From Methylotenera sp. (GTDB lineage: Bacteria; Pseudomonadota; Gammaproteobacteria; Burkholderiales; Methylophilaceae), in contig JBKJUR010000017.1 of NCBI GenBank assembly GCA_046590165.1, forward strand, positions 12,330 to 76,329: a DNA stretch of 64,000 nucleotides, read 5' to 3'. The translations under genes were made by a program, and so were the position numbers. Within the stretch, counting starts at the first letter, position 1, and each line of letters starts with the position of its first letter. Of the stretch, positions 57,140-64,000 are shown one piece after another. The notes below the pieces were generated by a model, which saw only the letters and a list, made by a program, of their open reading frames with translations, had not been told where the DNA came from and made no database searches.

Positions 57140-57421
57140 TTAGAGTGCAAATTTAACGAGTGGGTGCGCACTTAAAAGTCTATAAATATCATCTAGTTGC
57201 ACTTGTGAAGCCACATGTATAGTGCAGGTTAGGCTGATATATTTACCGCCGGAGCTTGCGCGCATATCAACTTGTGCTGCGTTGAAAGTTGGTACTATCG
57301 TTTGGATAACACCAATAATTGTATTAGCGAACGAATCCTGCATTTCCCCCATCACTTTGATGGGGAAGTCGCATGGAAAATCAATTAAAGGTCCTGCGGT
57401 ATGTTCTTCAATGTCGGCCAT
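57140..57421 (-). CDS. ybeD: DUF493 family protein YbeD
   Basis: 93 aa. [11 protein letters not shown] motif, and the conserved position upstream of lipB. Confidence 0.85.
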   Translation of the reverse strand: MADIEEHTAGPLIDFPCDFPIKVMGEMQDSFANTIIGVIQTIVPTFNAAQVDMRASSGGKYISLTCTIHVASQVQLDDIYRLLSAHPLVKFAL

Positions 57422-57451
57422 AATCAGTTAGGTATTTATCGTAAGGACTGC

Positions 57452-58627
57452 TTATTCTAGAAGAAGTTTAATTGAATCCCATGCGCGGCCTAGAATTCCT
57501 GCGGTATCAATAGACTTAGCTGCCACTAGTGCGCGTTCGTCTATCGTTTTACCATTTAATGTAAATTTAACGTTACCAATCACTTGGCCTTTTTTAATTG
57601 GCGCGATTAAAGGCTGTGTGCTGGACATGACAGCTTTTACATTGGCATATTCACCTTTTGGTAATGTGAGATACAAATCACTGGCCACACTTGAGGCTAC
57701 CTGATTTTCTGCACCTTTCCATACCTTAAGTTGATTGATACTTTGGCCTTGCTTGTAGACCAGTTTTGAATCAAAAAATTGGAAGCCATAATTAAGTAAT
57801 TTTTGGCTCTCTGTCGCGCGAGCGGCATCGGTCGGTGCACCTAATACGACAGAAATGCGACGAACGCCGTCACGCTTTGCTGATGAAATTAAGCAAAAGC
57901 CAGCAGATTCAGTATGACCGGTTTTCATACCATCTACATTCGGGTCTAGCCATAGCAAACGATTGCGGTTGGGTTGAGTGATATTGTTATAGGTATATTC
58001 TTTTACAGAATACAAACGCTGGTATTCAGCAGGAAAGTCATGAATTAGTGCCGTCGCTAATATGCCTAAATCGTTTGCCGTAGTGTAATGTTGTACATCT
58101 GGCAAGCCGGTTGAGTTCATGTAATGGGTGTTTTTCATGCCCAAACGTTGTGCTTCTTTATTCATCATCTCCGTAAATTGCATTTCTGAGCTGGCAATAC
58201 CTTCAGCTAAAGCAATGGAAGAGTCGTTACCCGACTGGATAATTGTGCCATGTAATAGTTCGTCCACAGTCACGGGTTTATTTGGCTCAATAAACATCTT
58301 AGAGCCTTCAACCTTCCATGCCAGTTCACTTACAGGTAACGTTTGTGTTAGTTGTAGGTGTCCATTTTTAAGTGCTTTGAAAGCCAGATAAGCAGTCATT
58401 AATTTAGTTAGGGACGCTGGTTCCACTCGCATATCGCTTTTCTGCGATGCGATGATATTGCCGCTGTTGTAGTCTTTAAGCAGGTACGCTTTAACAGCTA
58501 AGCTTGGTGGCGGTGCAATTTGCGCGCCACCAGCTTGAGCAGATTGACTTAACGATAATGTAGAAACACTTGCGATAACAAAAGTTAAAGCGACATTTTT
58601 TAAAATACTACGTGTATTGAATAGCAT
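57452..58627 (-). CDS. D-alanyl-D-alanine carboxypeptidase (PBP5/6 class)
   Basis: A signal peptide plus SLTK (SxxK), SGND (SxN) and KTG (MKTGHT) motifs. Confidence 0.93.
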   Translation of the reverse strand: MLFNTRSILKNVALTFVIASVSTLSLSQSAQAGGAQIAPPPSLAVKAYLLKDYNSGNIIASQKSDMRVEPASLTKLMTAYLAFKALKNGHLQLTQTLPVSELAWKVEGSKMFIEPNKPVTVDELLHGTIIQSGNDSSIALAEGIASSEMQFTEMMNKEAQRLGMKNTHYMNSTGLPDVQHYTTANDLGILATALIHDFPAEYQRLYSVKEYTYNNITQPNRNRLLWLDPNVDGMKTGHTESAGFCLISSAKRDGVRRISVVLGAPTDAARATESQKLLNYGFQFFDSKLVYKQGQSINQLKVWKGAENQVASSVASDLYLTLPKGEYANVKAVMSSTQPLIAPIKKGQVIGNVKFTLNGKTIDERALVAAKSIDTAGILGRAWDSIKLLLE

Positions 58628-58641
58628 GGGTTTTGATTGAC

Positions 58642-59736
58642 TTATTGATTAGTTACGATAGCTGCAGTGTTTAATTGCTTGCGAATATTAGCGGCTGAAG
58701 CATCTGCCTCATTCCTGCTCGTGTAAGGCCCAAGCTTTACACGATACAATCCATTATTATACACGTTAGCAACCCCTACATTTTCGGCAAGTGCTAAGCC
58801 TTGTATTTTTTTCTGTAAGAGATCACCGTTAATTTCGTTTTTAAAAGCGCCTGCCTGTACGTAGTAACCAGCGATTATGTTATCCGTTGCAGAGTTAAAG
58901 GTCGTTGATGAGTTTGGCGTGTTATCGTTTGAATTGATCTCGTAGTTTGTCTTGACAGCCAGTGTAGCTGTATCAGTTTGCATCGATGTCTTTTCAGTGA
59001 CTACTTCTTGCGTCACTGCATTTGAATTATTAGCAGTTGAATTGTTTGACATTTTCAGCATTGCCTCAGGGCTGGTATCAATCGCTTCAACTTCAACTAA
59101 ACCACTACCTTGTGAAATTAATCTTAATTTATGTGCGGCGGCATAAGATAAATCAATCAGCCTTGCATGTTTAAACGGACCCCTATCATTAATTCTAACT
59201 ATTACAGAGCGTCCGTTAGCTAGATTGGTGACTTTTACATAACTAGGCAGTGGTAATGTGGTGTGAGCGCCTGACATTGCGTACATGTCATACACTTCAC
59301 CGTTGGAAGTTTTTTTGCCATGAAAACGTTTGCCATACCAAGAAGCAATTCCTTGTTTTTTATATGGTACGTATTTGGTCATTGGTGTGTATTTTCGACC
59401 AAGAGCAGAATAGGGTTTGTTAGCACGTTCTAGTGGTGCTTCTGTTTTTAACTTGGCATCTGGGATGCTATCGATATCGGCAGGTGCATTTTCGCCTGGG
59501 CCATCATCTAAGTAATAACCGCCCGAGCCAGGTTTTGCATTCGTATCATTTTTTGTAGTTGGCGGTACGACTTTTACACCAGACGATTGTTGGCGAGTAG
59601 CTGGCGCTTCTGGTTTGGTTACGGGCGCGCCACCACATGATGCCAAAACGCTGATACACAAAATGAGAAAAGTTCTTTTAACGTCAACTAAGTTCAAATG
59701 AAATGCCTTGTAGTTCAAAATTGGGAAATGATGCAT
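58642..59736 (-). CDS. rlpA: Septal ring lytic transglycosylase RlpA (DPBB plus SPOR domains)
   Basis: Lipobox LASC, GIASWYGKRFHGKKTSNGEVYD (DPBB domain), and the C-terminal SPOR-like YYVQAGAF...YRVKLGPY. Confidence 0.9.
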   Translation of the reverse strand: MHHFPILNYKAFHLNLVDVKRTFLILCISVLASCGGAPVTKPEAPATRQQSSGVKVVPPTTKNDTNAKPGSGGYYLDDGPGENAPADIDSIPDAKLKTEAPLERANKPYSALGRKYTPMTKYVPYKKQGIASWYGKRFHGKKTSNGEVYDMYAMSGAHTTLPLPSYVKVTNLANGRSVIVRINDRGPFKHARLIDLSYAAAHKLRLISQGSGLVEVEAIDTSPEAMLKMSNNSTANNSNAVTQEVVTEKTSMQTDTATLAVKTNYEINSNDNTPNSSTTFNSATDNIIAGYYVQAGAFKNEINGDLLQKKIQGLALAENVGVANVYNNGLYRVKLGPYTSRNEADASAANIRKQLNTAAIVTNQ

Positions 59737-60830
59737 CAGGACGCCACCAATTTTTTATGTGTTTGTATACTCATCAAAATGCCGAAGCTTAAACATAACA
59801 TCACCATAGAGGTACCACCGTAACTAATTAACGGTAATGGTACACCCACTACAGGCAAAATGCCGCTTACCATACCCATGTTGACAAAAGCATAGGTAAA
59901 AAAAGTGAGTGTTATGCTGCCAGCGAGCAATCTGGTAAATGTACTTTGAGCTTGTGAAGCAATCATTAAGCCGCGTAAGATAATTAAACTAAACAATAAC
60001 AAAAGTAAGATGTTGCCTAAAAAACCAAACTCCTCGCCAAATACTGCAAAAATAAAGTCAGTGGTACGTTCAGGTAAAAAATCCAGTTGAGTTTGTGTGC
60101 CTTGCAGCCAGCCCTTTCCAGCCGTACCTCCAGAGCCTAGGGCAATGATTGCCTGTATAGTGTGATAGCCTGCACCTAAAGGGTCTTGAGTTGGATCCAA
60201 TAAAATCTCAATGCGCCGTCGTTGGTAATCGTGCAACATAGACCACAAAATAGGGGTTGATGCGGCAAAGGCTACTGCGCCACCTACTAGTAGTTTCCAG
60301 CTTAGGCCCGCTAAAAATAACACATAAAAACCTGATGCTGTAATTAATAAGCCAGTGCCTAAATCCGGTTGTTTAATAATTAAAGCTGCAGGTATTAACA
60401 ATAGTAAACCACCAATCACAAAGTCAGCCACTTTTGCATGGCCTTCTCGCTTGGAAAAGTACCAAGCAAGCATCATGGGCATTGCTATACGCATGATTTC
60501 AGAAGGTTGAATTTGTGTGAAACCTAAATTGAGCCAGCGACGCGCACCGTGACTAATTGACCCGAATAAAGCCACAGCAATCAATAGCAATACGCCTAAT
60601 GTATATAGTGGCAGTGCGATACGTTCGAGTTGATTTGGTGGAATGTTTGCCGCTGCCCACATCACACTTAATGCCACAATAATGTTAATGCCCTGCCCAT
60701 ATATACGCGCGACACTTTGACCAGATGCACTGTAAAGTACAAATAGGCCCACCATTAATGTAAAAAATAAACACGCCATTAAGAATGAATCAATGTGCTT
60801 GAACAAATACTGGAATAATTTACTAATCAT
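59736..60830 (-). CDS. mrdB: Peptidoglycan glycosyltransferase RodA (SEDS)
   Basis: FtsW/RodA family membrane protein (...QPSEIMRIA...PERTTDFIF...). The start is placed at M14 of the track ORF, so the overlap with mrdA is minimal. Confidence 0.9.
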   Translation of the reverse strand: MISKLFQYLFKHIDSFLMACLFFTLMVGLFVLYSASGQSVARIYGQGINIIVALSVMWAAANIPPNQLERIALPLYTLGVLLLIAVALFGSISHGARRWLNLGFTQIQPSEIMRIAMPMMLAWYFSKREGHAKVADFVIGGLLLLIPAALIIKQPDLGTGLLITASGFYVLFLAGLSWKLLVGGAVAFAASTPILWSMLHDYQRRRIEILLDPTQDPLGAGYHTIQAIIALGSGGTAGKGWLQGTQTQLDFLPERTTDFIFAVFGEEFGFLGNILLLLLFSLIILRGLMIASQAQSTFTRLLAGSITLTFFTYAFVNMGMVSGILPVVGVPLPLISYGGTSMVMLCLSFGILMSIQTHKKLVAS

Positions 60831-62790
60831 GTAATTCTTCCTCGGGTATAGCTGTTGGTCCAGCTGCACTAGTCGAATTGGCAGAGTTGTTAGTTGGTGT
60901 TTTAGCAGTATTTTTCAAAGGATCAGGCGCAATCACGGGTGCTGGTATTTTGCCTTGTAAATAATAATCCATTACTTTTCTGGCAATAGGACCAGCGGTA
61001 GAACCGCCATGTCTGCCATTTTCAACAATAATGGCTAAAGCGATTGTCGGGTCTTCAGCGGGTGCGTAGGCAACAAACAATGCATGGTCAAGATGACGTT
61101 CATTAATTGCACTCTCATTGTATTTCTCATTCTGTTTAATGCCAATCACTTGGGCAGTACCAGTTTTTGCCGCGATATTGTAACCCGCGTTAGCGCCCAC
61201 ACTCGCCGCCGTTCCGCCAGGTAATGTAACTCCTATCATGCCATTTTTTACAATTTCAACATTTTCGGGATTGAGTGTGATTCTATCTTGCACAACCGCT
61301 GGTATCATCTGGCTTTCACCCGTAATAGCCTTTTGAATCTGCGTGACTAAATGCGGCTTCATGGCCACACCATTATTAGCCAAAATTGACGTTGCCTGCG
61401 CTAACTGAAGTGGCGTTACTAAAGTATAGCCTTGTCCGATACCAACAATCACGGTTTCACCTGGGTACCATGGTTGCTTGAATCGGCGTTTTTTCCATTC
61501 TGGAGTGGGAAGTAGCCCCTCTATTTCACCTTGTATATCTATGTCAGCTTTTCTACCAAAACCAAAATGACGCACAAAAGAAGTTAGCTTTTCTATGCCT
61601 AACTCCATTGCCAAACCGTAAAAAAATGTATCGCATGAAATTGTAATCGCACGTTGCATATCAACCATACCATGTCCGCCTGGCTTCCAATCCCTGTAGC
61701 GATGCGTGCTATTTGGCAAGGTAAAGTAACCTGAGTCATGAATTGAATATGGAGGCGTACGCTTGCCAGCCTCTAGACCTGCTAATGCTACAAACGGCTT
61801 AAAAGTGGAGCCAGGGGGGTAGATGCCGCGCAAAGGGCGGTTGATGAGCGGTTTATCTATAGAGTCATTCAGTAGTTTCCAGTTATCAACATCAATGCCG
61901 TCTACGAATAAATTAGGGTCAAACGCAGGCAAGCTTACGTAGCTTAGTACCTCGCCGGTTTTGGGGTTAATCGCTACCATCGCGCCGCGATGATCGCCGA
62001 ATGCGGTTTCAGCAATTTCTTGTAATTTACTGTCAATTGATAAAATAAGGTTATCACCTGGTAATGGTGCGGTGCTTGATAATACTCGCACTGCGTGGCC
62101 ATCAGCATCAATCTCTACTTGTTGAAAGCCAGTTGTGCCATGTAAGTTAGACTCATAAAACTGTTCAATGCCACTTTTACCAATGTGATCAGAGCCTTTG
62201 TAATTGGAAATGCTGCCAGAGGCGTCTAATTTCATTAAATCTTTATCGTTAATTCGTCCAATATAACCGACCATATGGGCACCCAGCTTGCCCAGCGGAT
62301 AATGCCTGAATAATCGTGATTTAATCTCCACACCTGGAAAACGATAATGATTTACCGCAAACTTGGCTGCTTCAATTTCATTCAAATGAGTGCGGATAGG
62401 CACGCTTTCAAAGCTGTGACTTTGTTCACGAAATTTCTTAAAGCGTTTACGGTCTAGCGTGCTAATTTCAACCAGTTGACTCACTTCAGCAATAGTTGCT
62501 TCAAGGTCTTTAACTTTTGCAGGCGTGATTTCTAAGGTATAGACAAAAAAGTTATGGGCAAGCACCACACCGTTTTTATCAAGAATCAAGCCACGGTTAG
62601 GTACAACAGGCACGAGTGAAATGCGATTGTTTTCAGCGAGTGTCTGGTAATGATTATATTGGGTAATCTGCAGATATAAAAAACGTGAAGCGAGTAGGCC
62701 AAACATGCCCAGTACTACAAAAGCAGCAAAGCCTAATCTGAGCTTAAAGTAATATTGCTCATGCTGGTAGTTTTTAAGTTCAGCGCGCAT
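60823..62790 (-). CDS. mrdA: Penicillin-binding protein 2 (elongasome transpeptidase)
   Basis: STFK (SxxK), the KTGTA motif, and the position between mreD and rodA. Confidence 0.95.
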   Translation of the reverse strand: MRAELKNYQHEQYYFKLRLGFAAFVVLGMFGLLASRFLYLQITQYNHYQTLAENNRISLVPVVPNRGLILDKNGVVLAHNFFVYTLEITPAKVKDLEATIAEVSQLVEISTLDRKRFKKFREQSHSFESVPIRTHLNEIEAAKFAVNHYRFPGVEIKSRLFRHYPLGKLGAHMVGYIGRINDKDLMKLDASGSISNYKGSDHIGKSGIEQFYESNLHGTTGFQQVEIDADGHAVRVLSSTAPLPGDNLILSIDSKLQEIAETAFGDHRGAMVAINPKTGEVLSYVSLPAFDPNLFVDGIDVDNWKLLNDSIDKPLINRPLRGIYPPGSTFKPFVALAGLEAGKRTPPYSIHDSGYFTLPNSTHRYRDWKPGGHGMVDMQRAITISCDTFFYGLAMELGIEKLTSFVRHFGFGRKADIDIQGEIEGLLPTPEWKKRRFKQPWYPGETVIVGIGQGYTLVTPLQLAQATSILANNGVAMKPHLVTQIQKAITGESQMIPAVVQDRITLNPENVEIVKNGMIGVTLPGGTAASVGANAGYNIAAKTGTAQVIGIKQNEKYNESAINERHLDHALFVAYAPAEDPTIALAIIVENGRHGGSTAGPIARKVMDYYLQGKIPAPVIAPDPLKNTAKTPTNNSANSTSAAGPTAIPEEELHD

Positions 62791-62829
62791 TTTTAAATAT
62801 TTGTAGTGCTGGATTTAAATGCTGCAAGG

Positions 62830-63324
62830 TTAAACACCACGTGAACGGCCGCCTGTATTTAAACCTAAGGCTACGGCAATCATCCAGATTAAAACGCCAG
62901 TAATGCTTGGCATAAAATAAGACCAGCCAAGCCACTCCGCTCCAGAAAAAGTTTTGAGTATCAATAAGATGATTTGTGAAGTAATGAGTAATAAAAATAC
63001 GTAAAAAATTTGTTGAGTACCATTAAATAAGACTAACCTACGCTGATAAATAGCCGCAAAAAACGCAGTGACAGTATAAGCCAGCGCATATTGACCAAAA
63101 ATACCGCCCGTAGCTAAATCTACCAATAAGCCTATTAACCAAGCTGTGCCGATATTACATAAATTAGGAGCACGTATCAGCCAAAATATAATCACCAGTA
63201 GTAAGAAATCAGGGCGTAACGTTAGCGCAAGCCCAGACCATGGCAACAATAGGCAAAGTAGCGCTAAGAATAATGAAACATAAATAGTTTTGAGCTTACT
63301 GGGATGCATGTGGTTTGCTCGCAT
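62830..63324 (-). CDS. mreD: Rod shape-determining protein MreD
   Basis: A small polytopic membrane protein downstream of mreC. Confidence 0.85.
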   Translation of the reverse strand: MRANHMHPSKLKTIYVSLFLALLCLLLPWSGLALTLRPDFLLLVIIFWLIRAPNLCNIGTAWLIGLLVDLATGGIFGQYALAYTVTAFFAAIYQRRLVLFNGTQQIFYVFLLLITSQIILLILKTFSGAEWLGWSYFMPSITGVLIWMIAVALGLNTGGRSRGV

Positions 63325-64000
63325 TATTAGTTTGCGGGTTTGCAGGTAATTTGATTAACGGTGTACTGGTTGGCTCTGCTGGTGGAGTAGCTACTGTGCC
63401 AGCTTCTGCGTTGGCTGTTGTTAATGGCTTAACGACTAACTTTCCCTGTGTTTTTACTACTGTTTCTGGTGAACCAGAAGATGGTTTACTAGCTAAATTC
63501 GTCTTGGTTTGATTATTCAAGGCATCTTTAGGTAATGTTTCAAGGCGTGGAATGCTGACCAAAAGTACTTGCCTGTGATTTTCCACGCCACCTGTAGGTA
63601 CGCATACTATGCGTGCAAAAGGAGAATCAGCGGTAATTTCAATTTGAGATACTTTTGCCACAGCAAGGCCTGCTGGATAAATGCCATCTATACCTGATGT
63701 AACTAGGGTATCACCACGACGTATATCTACATTAGTTGGTAAATATGGTAAATCTAGGGTGCTATCCCTGCCGTGACCAAAAGCGATGGCCCGCAAGCCA
63801 TTTCGTTCTATCTGAATTGGAATCGCCAGTGATTTATCGGTAATTAGCGTTACTTCACTACTGGATGGATAGACGCGCGTTACTTGTCCAATAACGCCAG
63901 TTGAATCAACTACAGCTTCACCAGCAGAAATAAGATGTTTTTCGCCACGATTTACAATGACCTTTTTGGTAAACGGATCGCGACCAACATGCATAATCTC
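63296..64000 (-). CDS. mreC: Rod shape-determining protein MreC (N-terminal part beyond window end)
   Basis: The frame is open to position 64000. ...VVDSTGVIGQVTRVYPSSSEVTLITD...GLRAIAFG...LVTSGIDGIYPAGLAVA is the MreC beta-barrel domain, followed by a Pro/Thr-rich tail. Confidence 0.9.
   Translation of the reverse strand, partial: EIMHVGRDPFTKKVIVNRGEKHLISAGEAVVDSTGVIGQVTRVYPSSSEVTLITDKSLAIPIQIERNGLRAIAFGHGRDSTLDLPYLPTNVDIRRGDTLVTSGIDGIYPAGLAVAKVSQIEITADSPFARIVCVPTGGVENHRQVLLVSIPRLETLPKDALNNQTKTNLASKPSSGSPETVVKTQGKLVVKPLTTANAEAGTVATPPAEPTSTPLIKLPANPQTNNASKPHASQ

Overview
This is an AT-rich proteobacterial chromosome segment. Hand counts of single 60-nt lines give roughly 40-43% GC in the core genes. 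Gene order looks betaproteobacterial (mreCD-mrdAB-rlpA-dac-ybeD-lipBA, gshAB, apbE, pil minor-pilin operon, lysA, purU, ispH, nadA, mpl, metH, ubiK, porin-glnK-amtB). A Methylophilaceae-like host is only a guess.

The dominant feature is a ~26.4-kb genomic island (2975-29394) inserted in comM/yifB. The comM 5' end (2877-2974) and the rest of the gene (29395-30856) rejoin in frame. The two island ends rebuild a 40-bp near-palindromic attP centred on an AC dinucleotide. A large serine recombinase sits 38 bp inside the right junction.

The very AT-rich island backbone (spot counts of about 18-38% GC) carries:
- a SIR2-HerA anti-phage pair;
- a short tyrosine recombinase next to a dif-like 11-6-11 palindrome;
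- a 1008-aa AEP-primase/CHC2-zinc-finger/P-loop helicase fusion;
- a 151-aa HUH (Rep/relaxase-like) protein;
- a translationally coupled CarS-like / CDP-alcohol phosphatidyltransferase pair;
- a relic tRNA-Phe 3' half with its terminator;
- a MAPEG protein.

Nested inside the island, between the primase-helicase and the HUH gene, is a 12,565-bp transposase-less element (10618-23182). It has TGT...ACA termini, asymmetric 22-23-bp subterminal repeats and a 7-bp direct repeat (GGATAAC). Its cargo is a KaiC / stand-alone CheB-like operon, a second CheB-like gene next to a PRC-barrel/DUF2171 gene, redox flavoproteins, an SPFH protein, a DUF305 protein, and decayed crp/fnr and cusF genes.

I saw no rRNA, intact tRNA or CRISPR array. 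All family assignments come from motifs I could read in the translations. No database search was run.
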